This document shows, piece after piece, positions 49,153-58,239 of a DNA stretch of 64,000 nucleotides. The notes beneath the pieces were generated by a model. It made no database searches. It was not told where the DNA came from and worked only from the letters and a program-made list of their open reading frames with translations. Source of the DNA: Verrucomicrobiia bacterium (GTDB taxonomy: Bacteria; Verrucomicrobiota; Verrucomicrobiia; Palsa-1439); the NCBI GenBank assembly GCA_035577545.1, contig DATLVI010000009.1:3696-67695 (forward strand), read 5' to 3'. Each line of letters opens with the position of its first letter. Positions within the stretch are counted from its first letter, which is position 1. A program made the position numbers and the translations under genes.

Positions 49153-49503
49153 ATGTGTTACAAGTTTGTTAGATTACTGTGGTGGAGTTTGCTAATTAGT
49201 GCCCTGGCGGTGGTGGTCTTGAAGACTTCGGCCTTCGCAGGCGCATTTTCACAGGGTTCTGCGGGCAATCAACAATTCGCTTTGCGAGACAAATTGGCCT
49301 TTGACGGGCTGTCAGGACTCTCTTATAGCTTCTCTGGCCAAGGCGGGCGCTGTTTGGCGTATCCGTTGGCATATGTGGATCCCGGATCCGGCCAGTTGAT
49401 CTGGCAGATGGTGGCGGCCGCATGTGTTGGCGGGCTGTTCTATATCAAACGAGTCCGGGATTTCCTGGGCAGACTGGTGAAGAAGTGGTTCAAGAAACAT
49501 TGA
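49153..49503 (+). CDS. Hypothetical small membrane protein (~116 aa).
   Basis: ATG at 49153 gives MCYKFVRLLWWSLLISALAVVVL... plus a second hydrophobic segment. It sits in a lower-GC intergenic patch, and coding status is uncertain. Confidence 0.3.
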   Translation: MCYKFVRLLWWSLLISALAVVVLKTSAFAGAFSQGSAGNQQFALRDKLAFDGLSGLSYSFSGQGGRCLAYPLAYVDPGSGQLIWQMVAAACVGGLFYIKRVRDFLGRLVKKWFKKH

Positions 49504-49546
49504 CCTGGCACCGGGCCGAATCCTCCCGCTATCGGATCTCTTGGCC

Positions 49547-50992
49547 ATGTTGACGGTTTCCTCTTTCCGAGATCCCGGTGGACGTTGTTTTATATGGAGT
49601 GATCGGGTATTGCGCACGGTGAACCCCACCGCGCTGGCCGAAATCGAGGTTTTTCTTACGACGTCCACGGCGGCCCAGTTCCTGGGCCGCCAACAACTGA
49701 TTCCCACTCGCCGCTTGGGTGCCGCCGAACTGGACGAGCTGCGCCAGACCAAAGGCTTTGAAGAGCTTGTTCCGGAACGCGGAGTGGGGGCGGTGTTTGA
49801 GCACGAGCGTGTGGAATTCCCCAGCTATCCCTACGAGTGGCCTCCCGAGATGCTGTATGCAGCGGGCATGTTGACGTTGGACCTGGCGCAAGCCTGTTTG
49901 GGGGATGGCTACTCGCTGAAAGATGCAACGCCGTACAACGTGCTGTTTCTCGGAAGCAAACCGGTCTTCATTGATGTGCTCTCATTCGAGCGTCGCATTC
50001 CGGGGGACCCGATTTGGAAGCCAGATGCGCAGTTTTGCAGGACGTTCTTGCTGCCGCTGCTGGCATACAAATACTGGGGGACTCGGCCTGCGGATGTGTT
50101 TGCCAAACATCGCGACGGCTTTGAGGCGAACGACGTGTACCGACTCTGTGGGCCGGTGCGAAAGTTTCTTCCGCCCTTTCTCACACAAGTGTCCCTGCCG
50201 ACCTGGCTGTCGCGCAAGGATGCCGGGGGGGCCATTTATCGCGATCGCGTGCTCCAAAATCACGAGCAAGCGCGATTTATCCTGGACTCGCTTTTTAACC
50301 GGCTACGCCGATCGCTTCAACGGGTGGAACCCAAACCAGCTCGCCACACTGTCTGGTCGGATTACAAGGATTCCTGCAGTTATACCGAGGCCAATTTCGC
50401 CGCCAAGGAGGAATTCGTAAGCAACGCGCTGGCCGAGTTGAAACCTGGCCGGGTCCTGGATATCGGGTGCAATACCGGGCATTTCAGCGAGCTGGCGGCC
50501 CGTGGCGGCGCGAAAGTCGTGGCGATTGACAGCGATCTCGGTTGTGTCGGCGCGGTTTGGCGTCAGGCGCGGGACCACAATCGGAATGTGCTCCCGCTGG
50601 TTGTGGACTTGTGCCGTCCGAGCGCGGGCGAAGGCTGGCGCAATCACGAATGCGCCAGTTTTCTGGAGCGGGCCACGGGCGCGTTTGATGCGGTATTGAT
50701 GCTGGCGGTATTGCACCACTTGCTGGTGACGGAACGCATTCCGCTGGAAGAGGTGTTGGATTTGGCCGGGGATTTGACCACGGACCTGCTGATCATCGAA
50801 TTCGTCTCGACGGACGATAAGATGTTTCAAACCATCGCCCGCGGACGCCAGCATCTTCATGGTGGTCTTACGGAGGCCAATTTCGAAGCGGCCTGCCGGA
50901 GGCGTTTCCAGATTGTTCGCTCCAAACAACTCGAGGGTGGCCGCCGCCGTCTGTACCTGCTCCGAAAAACAAGCCGAAAGGAATCGACTTAA
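49547..50992 (+). CDS. Class I SAM-dependent methyltransferase fused to an N-terminal ~300-aa domain of unknown function (possibly kinase-like).
   Basis: Methyltransferase motif I VLDIGCNTGHFSELAARGGAKVVAIDSD, and post-I ...DAVLMLAVLHHL. The N-terminal region has ...YPYEWPPEML...DATPYNVLF...IDVLSFE, which resembles APH/choline-kinase-like catalytic loops (inference). ATG at 49547; the track start is a TTG at 49541. Confidence 0.55.
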   Translation: MLTVSSFRDPGGRCFIWSDRVLRTVNPTALAEIEVFLTTSTAAQFLGRQQLIPTRRLGAAELDELRQTKGFEELVPERGVGAVFEHERVEFPSYPYEWPPEMLYAAGMLTLDLAQACLGDGYSLKDATPYNVLFLGSKPVFIDVLSFERRIPGDPIWKPDAQFCRTFLLPLLAYKYWGTRPADVFAKHRDGFEANDVYRLCGPVRKFLPPFLTQVSLPTWLSRKDAGGAIYRDRVLQNHEQARFILDSLFNRLRRSLQRVEPKPARHTVWSDYKDSCSYTEANFAAKEEFVSNALAELKPGRVLDIGCNTGHFSELAARGGAKVVAIDSDLGCVGAVWRQARDHNRNVLPLVVDLCRPSAGEGWRNHECASFLERATGAFDAVLMLAVLHHLLVTERIPLEEVLDLAGDLTTDLLIIEFVSTDDKMFQTIARGRQHLHGGLTEANFEAACRRRFQIVRSKQLEGGRRRLYLLRKTSRKEST

Positions 50993-51030
50993 CCCCTCGA
51001 CGTCGATATCCCTGATAATCGAATGACTTC

Positions 51031-52581
51031 ATGAATGAGTCACTCAAAGAGCGATTAAAAACGGTGTCGGACGCTTTGCTGGCGTTCTCGCTGGTGAACC
51101 TCTGTTTCATCCGGGCGCGATGGGCGTTATTTTTCGACAACGACTTTCGTTATTACAAACACCATTCCCTGACAAAGGAAACTCTCCTGGCGTTGAGCCT
51201 AAACTTGTTCGTGTTTGGGCTCATGGGTTGGCGGTTGGTTCGGTGGGTCAGGCGCACCGACTCCCGCAACCTCTATCGCGCCGCTTGCGCAATTGTGTGC
51301 ATATTGCTGCTCATTCCGGTCGATTTCCTGCGAACCTATTATTTCCATGTTCCGGGCAGCAACGTAATCGTTTTTGGAAAGAGTCCGTTCTTCATTGGTG
51401 TCAGCTTGGTTGTGTTGTTCACGTTTTGGTGCTGGCCCAGAATCTCTGCGAGTGTGTTGGCTGCTGGTCTGCTGATCTGTGCGCCGATGTCCATTTTGAC
51501 GTTCGGGAAAGTTGGCTATTACCTCCTCAATACCCCTCCTCGACATACTCCCCAGTTCGCGCCGTTCTTTCCCACCCCCCGGCCATCGGTGGAACCGCGG
51601 GTCGTTTGGATTATCTATGACGAATTGGATCAGCGCTTGGCGTTCTCCAACCGGCCGAAAGACACGCAACTTCCCGAACTGGATCGCGTATGCGCCGAGA
51701 GCCTGCAGGCGACCAATGCGTTTCCGCCGGGTGTGTCCACGGCCATCTCGTTACCGGCATTGACCACAGGGCGATATGTCATCTCGGCGAAGCCGTCTGC
51801 CAGGGATGAGTTGAGTATCATCTACCCGGATGCCAGCGCTCCCGTTGGGTGGAGCAAGCAGCCAACAGTTTTTTCCCGCGCCCGTGCGCTGGGTTTTAAC
51901 ACCGCATTGGTCGGGTGGTACCATCCCTACACCCGTCTCTTTACGAACTGTCTGAACTACTCCGTGTGGTATCCCTATCCGCCTTACCAGCCCGACCGGA
52001 GCGAAACAGTTCTGAGCAGCATGATCACCCAGATTTGGTCATTGATGTCACCCCTGCAACAGCGCTGGATGCAGATCGATCTCTACCAAAACTCGCTGGA
52101 AAACTCGCGTGACCTCGTGAAAGACGGCCGCTACGGACTGGTGTTTCTCCATTTACCGGGGCCGCACTATCCTGGTATTTATGATCCAGCCAATGGAGCG
52201 TTCACAATTATGAGCTTCTCCCGCATCCGTGGCTATTTTCAGAACCTGCAGTTGACCGACAAAACGATGGGGATCCTCCGCCGTGACATGGAACACGCCG
52301 GCCAGTGGGACCGCTCCTGGGTCCTCGTCAGTTCCGACCACTGGTGGCGCGATGCCCGGGGTTATGACGGCCAACTTGATTATCACGTGCCGTTTATCCT
52401 GAAGGCACCGGGGAAGAATCAACCGATGATCTACGGCGCGCCTCTCAATACAGTGATCTCCCAGGATCTGGTTCTGGCCATCCTGCGGAAGGAAATCTCG
52501 ACAATTCCAGAGGCGGTCACCTGGCTGGATACGCATCCGGCTCCGCCGGCCCCAAGTTACGCAGTCATGATGCTGAGATAA
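51031..52581 (+). CDS. Integral membrane protein with a C-terminal sulfatase/alkaline-phosphatase-superfamily domain (LtaS/EptA/OpgB-like transferase architecture).
   Basis: The N-terminus has ~5 hydrophobic helices. The C-terminal domain has VVWIIYDELDQR, ...WVLVSSDHWWR and DYHVPFILKAPG, reminiscent of membrane-anchored phosphoglycerol/phosphoethanolamine transferases. Assigned by fold and motifs only. Confidence 0.5.
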   Translation: MNESLKERLKTVSDALLAFSLVNLCFIRARWALFFDNDFRYYKHHSLTKETLLALSLNLFVFGLMGWRLVRWVRRTDSRNLYRAACAIVCILLLIPVDFLRTYYFHVPGSNVIVFGKSPFFIGVSLVVLFTFWCWPRISASVLAAGLLICAPMSILTFGKVGYYLLNTPPRHTPQFAPFFPTPRPSVEPRVVWIIYDELDQRLAFSNRPKDTQLPELDRVCAESLQATNAFPPGVSTAISLPALTTGRYVISAKPSARDELSIIYPDASAPVGWSKQPTVFSRARALGFNTALVGWYHPYTRLFTNCLNYSVWYPYPPYQPDRSETVLSSMITQIWSLMSPLQQRWMQIDLYQNSLENSRDLVKDGRYGLVFLHLPGPHYPGIYDPANGAFTIMSFSRIRGYFQNLQLTDKTMGILRRDMEHAGQWDRSWVLVSSDHWWRDARGYDGQLDYHVPFILKAPGKNQPMIYGAPLNTVISQDLVLAILRKEISTIPEAVTWLDTHPAPPAPSYAVMMLR

Positions 52582-52675
52582 GTGGTGGCCCCACAACAGA
52601 GGCCTCCCTCCCAAGCGCGCTGATTTGGCTTCTCCCGGGCCAACTTATTTGCTATAAGTAAGGAGACTCGTGCTG

Positions 52676-55540
52676 ATGAGAAGCGTTGTAGCACATTCGT
52701 TTTCCTGGTGTCGATTCATCAAGATGTTTCGACTCGCAGCGGGAATTGTCGCCCTGACGGCTCCGCTGCGGGAGCTGCCCGCCCAATCTTTCATTCAACA
52801 ACCCCAGGGCGGCACACGGTATCCGGGGGACGGCTTTCTTCTTTCGTGTGTTGTTGCGGGGGATCCACCACTGACCTACCAGTGGTTTCAAGATGGCAAT
52901 CTTCTTGCGGGCGCAACCAATAGTCAGCTGTTCCTCACCGATCTGGCACTGACTGCCGCCGGCAATTATACTGTGATCGCCAGCAATGGATCGGGCAGTA
53001 GCACGAGTGCCCCAGCTGCGCTGGTAATCCTTTCCGACACCACCATCACGAGTACGATCCAGGACGTACGGCATGTCGTGATTTTCATGCAGGAGAATCG
53101 CTCGTTTGACCACTACTTCGGCACGCTTAAGGGCGTGTGCGGGTTCAGCGACCGTAATGCCTTGCAATTAACGAATGGGAATACGGTGTTTTTCCAGCCG
53201 CAAGGTTCCAGCTATGTCTTGCCATTTCATTACACACCACAATGCCTGGACGATGTCGAGCACGACTGGGGCGCCGGGCATGAAGTATGGAATTCCGGTC
53301 ATTGGGACCGCTGGCAAATCAACGGCCCAAGCGCCATGACGTATTTCACACGTGATGACTTGCCCTACTACTACAGCCTGGCGGAAGCCTATACTCTCTG
53401 TGACGCTTACCATTGCTCGGTAATGGGGCCAACGTTTCCCAATCGCCTGTACTTGATGACCGGCATGATGGATCCCAACGGCACCGGCGGTGGACCGCGA
53501 TTGGATAATAGTCTCCCACCATTCGGTTTCACTTGGACAACCTATCCCGAACGGCTCCAGGCAGCAGGGGTTAGTTGGAAAGTCTACCAGCAGTTCAGCG
53601 ATTTCTTCCCGCTCAACGCCCTCGATTGGTTCGCCCAGTACCGTTTTGCTCTGCCGGGAAATCCTCTCCACGACAAGGGCGTCGCCTTGGTAAACAACCT
53701 CGTCTCGGCGTTCCAAGCGGATGTCGCCAATGATACACTGCCACGCGTCTCTTGGATCATCCCGCCCTGGTCCTTATCGGAGCATCCACCTTACTCCCCT
53801 GCCAACGGCGAGCGGTTGACGAAACAACTCCTCGATGCGCTTGCCTCAAACCCAACGGTGTATAACTCGACAGTCTTTATCCTTACTTATGACGAGGCGG
53901 GTGGCTTTTTCGACCATGACCCGTCGCCAGTGCCACCTCCAGGAACGCCCGACGAATTCATCATTGGCGAGCCAATCGGTCTCGGGGTACGCGTGCCCAC
54001 AATTTTGGTATCGCCTTGGACGCGTGGCGGCTATCGCTGCTCGCAGGTGTTTGACCATTCATCGGTCATTCGCTTTCTTGAGACTTGGACGGGTGTGCAA
54101 GAGCCGAACATCAGCGCCTGGCGTCGGCAGGTCTGCGGGGATTTGACATCCGCTTTCAACTTCACATCCCCCAACGCTGATTATCCGTATCTGTCGACTG
54201 TCCCAGCGATTAATTGCTCTGATGGCAATTCGCCTTCCGCGCCCGCACAGCAAACCGTCCCTACGCAGGAGTCCGGTGCGCGGCCCGACCGCCCGCTGCC
54301 GTATCAACCGAACGCCGTCTCCCTTATCGATTGCGGCGCGGGTCAATTCGGGATCACCATGACAAACGCTGGGGCCGCGTCCATCCATCTCGCGATCTAC
54401 CCCAATGCATACCGGACCGATGGCCCGTGGCAGTACGATGTCGACGCCAACAATTCCGTGAGTGATGGCTTTGATATCATTAGTTTTGGTGGCGGCCTGT
54501 ACGACCTCACGTGCTACGGGCCGAATGGCTTCCAGCGGCGATTCGCCGGCAACGTGAATGCAAACTGCAACCAGGTCGAGTTGACTTCCGCCATCGACCC
54601 AGTTGCCGGCACCATTGCCCTTTTCATGCAGAACCTAACGACATCGACAGTCGTTTTCACAGTTACCAACGACTATCCAACCGGCGGCCCATGGACTTAC
54701 AACGTTCCAGCGGGAAGCACGGTCACCGACACATTTCCCGCAGTCGCGAATAACAACGGCTTGTACGATCTGACCGCGACGGCTGACAGCGATGCGCTCT
54801 TCGTTCGCCGACTTGCCGGCCATATCGAAGCCGTCGACTTCTCTTTCGTGGTTACTCCCAATACCCAGTCCGTAACCGTTGGCAGCAATGCGACGTACGC
54901 GATAACAGTGGGGGCGATCACCGGATTTGGTGGGGGCGTGGTTCTTTCTCTGGGTAACCTGCCCACAGGTGTCAACGCAGTTTTTGATCCACCGTCGGTC
55001 GCCGGGTCGGGGACTTCGACTTTATGCCTATCGGTTTCCGGCGACGCTATGCTGGGCAGCTACCCACTGACCATCACGGCTACCAGTAGTAATATCACGC
55101 ACACCGCCAACATTATGTTGACGATCGTTCCTCTCGATACAGATGGCGATGGAGTTCCAGATTCGTGGACGCAGCAGTACTTCGGGAGTTCAACCGGTCT
55201 GGTGTCCAACCTTTCCATGGCTTATCAGGATGCTGATGGCACCGGTCAGAACAATCTGTTCAAGTACGCTGCCGGCCTTGATCCGACCAATCCAGCCTCC
55301 GTGTTTATGCTGCAGATCCAGAATGTGCCCGGCCAGCCCAACCAGAAAACGCTCATCTTCGGCCCCCGCGCCAACGGTCGCACGTACATCGTTGAATCGA
55401 ACACTGACGCGGCCAAGGGCAGTTACTTGGCGCTCGGCAGTTTCGGTGGACCGCAGACCAACGGCAATCAAGTGACTGTCACCGATCTGAATGCCGTCGG
55501 GACACAAATATTCTACCGTGTCCATATCACGTATCCCTGA
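52676..55540 (+). CDS. Secreted phospholipase C / acid phosphatase family protein (PlcN-like phosphoesterase) with an N-terminal Ig-like domain, two DUF756-like domains and a divergent copy of the conserved C-terminal domain.
   Basis: AGGAG Shine-Dalgarno 10 nt upstream of the ATG at 52676. Catalytic hallmarks VVIFMQENRSFDHYFGTLKGVCGF and GVRVPTILVSPWTRGGY. Ig-like YQWFQDGNLLAGATNSQ. The C-terminus DTDGDGVPDSWTQQYFG...DADGTGQNNLFKYAAGLDPTN...QIFYRVHITYP. Confidence 0.8.
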   Translation: MRSVVAHSFSWCRFIKMFRLAAGIVALTAPLRELPAQSFIQQPQGGTRYPGDGFLLSCVVAGDPPLTYQWFQDGNLLAGATNSQLFLTDLALTAAGNYTVIASNGSGSSTSAPAALVILSDTTITSTIQDVRHVVIFMQENRSFDHYFGTLKGVCGFSDRNALQLTNGNTVFFQPQGSSYVLPFHYTPQCLDDVEHDWGAGHEVWNSGHWDRWQINGPSAMTYFTRDDLPYYYSLAEAYTLCDAYHCSVMGPTFPNRLYLMTGMMDPNGTGGGPRLDNSLPPFGFTWTTYPERLQAAGVSWKVYQQFSDFFPLNALDWFAQYRFALPGNPLHDKGVALVNNLVSAFQADVANDTLPRVSWIIPPWSLSEHPPYSPANGERLTKQLLDALASNPTVYNSTVFILTYDEAGGFFDHDPSPVPPPGTPDEFIIGEPIGLGVRVPTILVSPWTRGGYRCSQVFDHSSVIRFLETWTGVQEPNISAWRRQVCGDLTSAFNFTSPNADYPYLSTVPAINCSDGNSPSAPAQQTVPTQESGARPDRPLPYQPNAVSLIDCGAGQFGITMTNAGAASIHLAIYPNAYRTDGPWQYDVDANNSVSDGFDIISFGGGLYDLTCYGPNGFQRRFAGNVNANCNQVELTSAIDPVAGTIALFMQNLTTSTVVFTVTNDYPTGGPWTYNVPAGSTVTDTFPAVANNNGLYDLTATADSDALFVRRLAGHIEAVDFSFVVTPNTQSVTVGSNATYAITVGAITGFGGGVVLSLGNLPTGVNAVFDPPSVAGSGTSTLCLSVSGDAMLGSYPLTITATSSNITHTANIMLTIVPLDTDGDGVPDSWTQQYFGSSTGLVSNLSMAYQDADGTGQNNLFKYAAGLDPTNPASVFMLQIQNVPGQPNQKTLIFGPRANGRTYIVESNTDAAKGSYLALGSFGGPQTNGNQVTVTDLNAVGTQIFYRVHITYP

Positions 55541-55582
55541 ACGTCGCAGGACAAAGGGCAGGGGACATGAGGCCGGGAGAAT

Positions 55583-55659
<77 letters not shown>

Positions 55660-55882
55660 ACAGCGCAAGTGTCTGCAGAATGAGAATCCGTGGTTCCGAG
55701 GATCGCCATCGCGATTTCCTTTGGTGCAAGAAACCTGCAGCATACTACGCAATCCGTGAGCGTGGTTGCAAGCAATCAGGCATCCGCTGAAAACCGGCAG
55801 CGTGAGACCAAGGTCGCTGCCGTGGCAGGGTGCATCTTGGTCCGAGTAGTGACGATGTCAGATTCCCTGTATTGACGTTGGG

Positions 55883-58135
55883 ATGTCGTTCCGCTATGAA
55901 CCTGTGGGTCGTGGCGCCATTTTATGCGATGATGACCTGCTGATCGGGGACAACCACTCGCGCCAGAGAGAATTGAGAGGAAAACGTGTCGTGCTAAAAA
56001 GCTTCCGGATTTTGGCTGCAATTATCGTGCTGGGCATGGCGGGAGCGGGTGCCTTGGCGACCCAGATCACGCCTGAAACCATCTTTAAGTTCTCCGGACC
56101 TGACGGCGGCTTACCGCAGTCCGAGCTGGTGAAGGGCAACGACGGACTGCTTTATGGGACAACCGGGGAAGGCGGGGCTCACAACACCGGGACCGTCTTC
56201 AAAATCACGACGGCGGGCGCGTTGACCACGATCTACAGCTTTACGGGCGGCTCCGACGGTTGTAGCCCGCGCGCGGGAGTGATCCAGGGCAGTAACGGAT
56301 TCTTCTATGGGACGGCCTCCGGCTGCGGGACGAACGGCTTTGGCACGATTTATCAGGTCGACTCAAATGGCGTGTTTACCACGCTCTACACTTTTACCGG
56401 CGGCATCGACGGCGGTGTCCCCGATATCAAACTGGTAGAGGGGAACGACGGACTTTTCTACGGGACCACCACCGGGGGTGGCGTGAACGGCACCGGCAGT
56501 GTGTTCACTGTCAGTTCCGTGGGCACATTCACGACGCTTTTCAGCTTTGACGGTACCGACGGCGGCAGGCCTGCGGCGGGTCTGGCGCAAGGTAGCGACA
56601 GCAATTTCTACGGCACAACTTTCTTCGGCGGGACGAATGACCACGGCACGGTGTTCCAGATTACCCCGGCCGGAACGTTGACCACCTTGTTTCAGTTTGC
56701 CGACAACACGAATGGGGATTTTCCAGAAGCGCAACTTATCCAGGGTAGCGACGGCCTTTTCTACGGAACAACCTCGGACGGGCCGCGCGGCGATGGCACC
56801 GTCTTCAAGATCACTACGGCTGGCACGCTGACGACGCTGCATAATTTTGCCGCCGGCGAAGGGAAAGACTCACGGGGCGTGCTTGTTCAGGGACGCGACA
56901 GCTTTTTTTACGGGATGACCCTGGGTGGAGGGAACCGATTCGGGACCGTGTACCAGGTCACGTCCAACAGCGTGTTCACGTCGCTCTACAGCTTCAACGG
57001 TGGTACGGATGGCGCGTTTCCCTACGCCGGGCTGATCCAGGGCGACGACGCCTTCTTTTACGGGACGACAGCCTTCGGGGGCGCAAAGCTCCACGGCACC
57101 GTATTCCGGTTTGGGATTTTCCCGGCCGGGACGTACAACGGCCTCGCGGTCCAGACCAACGCGCCAACGTTTGACAGTTCAGGTTCGATTACGCTCTCCC
57201 TCACTGCCACGGGTTCTTATACGGCAAAGCTGACGATCGGCGGCGTGCTCTCCGCCTTCAAGGGCCAGTTCGATGGGACAGGGAATACGACGAATACGAT
57301 CGCGCGCAAAAACCTGAACTCGCTTCAACTCATCATGCAGTTGAGTGAGGCTGGCGGGACCAATCAAGTCATCGGCACCGTGTCGGATGGTGTGTTCACG
57401 TCTCAGCTGCTGGCTGATCTGGGTGGGTTCGGTAAAAACTTCCGCTGCCCGTTCGCGGGGAAGTTTACTTTCGTCGTGCCGCCAGTTGATACCACCGATA
57501 CGAATTTCCCCCAGGGATATGGCTATGGGACATTGACGATATCAAAAACCGGCAAGGGCAGCCTACGGGGCGTGCTTGGCGATGGGACGAAGATTTCAGG
57601 CACCGCTCCAATATCATTGCTTGGTTCATGGCCGTTCTATGAGTTGCTCTATTCCAAGAAAGGGTTCTCCCTTGGGCGGATTGCCTTTACTGGCACCAAT
57701 GTGATCGACGCCGCACTCGACTGGCAGAAACCGCCGGTGCCAGGGGACCGCTTCTACTCGGGCGGATTCACGACGTTGGTCTCCCTGGCGGGCGGATTGT
57801 ACCTCAAGCCGAATTCGTCGACCAACTCCGCGGGTCTGTCGGTCGCGGGTACCAACGTGGTCACGTTGGGCGGGGGCAACCTTGTGAGCAACATCGTAAA
57901 GACAGTGGTCGTCGATGCTTTCGGGAATGTCACAGTCTCGTCGCCCGGCAGTGAGAAGCTGGCGTTATTTGTGGTACCGCAGACCGGGCTGTTTAGCGGC
58001 AACTTCGTCGATACCGCTATCAACAAGTCTCCCATTGTCTTTACCGGGCAATTGGTGCAAACGAATCATTTCGGCGGAGGCCTCTTTCTGGGAACGAACG
58101 ATAGCGGCTTCGTGACGATCATGCCATCTCCGTAA
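55883..58135 (+). CDS. Secreted 'GloVer' choice-of-anchor tandem-repeat protein (8 repeats) with a ~340-aa C-terminal module homologous to the C-terminus of the 32942-36862 GH28 giant.
   Basis: Repeats of form G..P...L..G.DG.(F/L)YGTT..GG....GT(V/I)F.(I/V)...G..T.L..F, repeated 8 times. This pattern matches the Gloeobacter/Verrucomicrobia GloVer repeat family. Likely true start is the GTG at 55991, giving a signal peptide (M)LKSFRILAAIIVLGMAGAGALA. The C-terminal module is YNGLAVQTNAPTFDSSGSITL...GGGLFLGTNDSGFVTIMPSP. Confidence 0.75.
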   Translation: MSFRYEPVGRGAILCDDDLLIGDNHSRQRELRGKRVVLKSFRILAAIIVLGMAGAGALATQITPETIFKFSGPDGGLPQSELVKGNDGLLYGTTGEGGAHNTGTVFKITTAGALTTIYSFTGGSDGCSPRAGVIQGSNGFFYGTASGCGTNGFGTIYQVDSNGVFTTLYTFTGGIDGGVPDIKLVEGNDGLFYGTTTGGGVNGTGSVFTVSSVGTFTTLFSFDGTDGGRPAAGLAQGSDSNFYGTTFFGGTNDHGTVFQITPAGTLTTLFQFADNTNGDFPEAQLIQGSDGLFYGTTSDGPRGDGTVFKITTAGTLTTLHNFAAGEGKDSRGVLVQGRDSFFYGMTLGGGNRFGTVYQVTSNSVFTSLYSFNGGTDGAFPYAGLIQGDDAFFYGTTAFGGAKLHGTVFRFGIFPAGTYNGLAVQTNAPTFDSSGSITLSLTATGSYTAKLTIGGVLSAFKGQFDGTGNTTNTIARKNLNSLQLIMQLSEAGGTNQVIGTVSDGVFTSQLLADLGGFGKNFRCPFAGKFTFVVPPVDTTDTNFPQGYGYGTLTISKTGKGSLRGVLGDGTKISGTAPISLLGSWPFYELLYSKKGFSLGRIAFTGTNVIDAALDWQKPPVPGDRFYSGGFTTLVSLAGGLYLKPNSSTNSAGLSVAGTNVVTLGGGNLVSNIVKTVVVDAFGNVTVSSPGSEKLALFVVPQTGLFSGNFVDTAINKSPIVFTGQLVQTNHFGGGLFLGTNDSGFVTIMPSP

Positions 58136-58239
58136 CGCATGTTGGCCCACGCACTGCCCAAGAAATCTCTGGTCAAGAAAAGGCCTCACGTGTAGGCTGG
58201 TACGTGTCAGGGTCGCGGCCTTTAGCGTAAGGAAATCAA

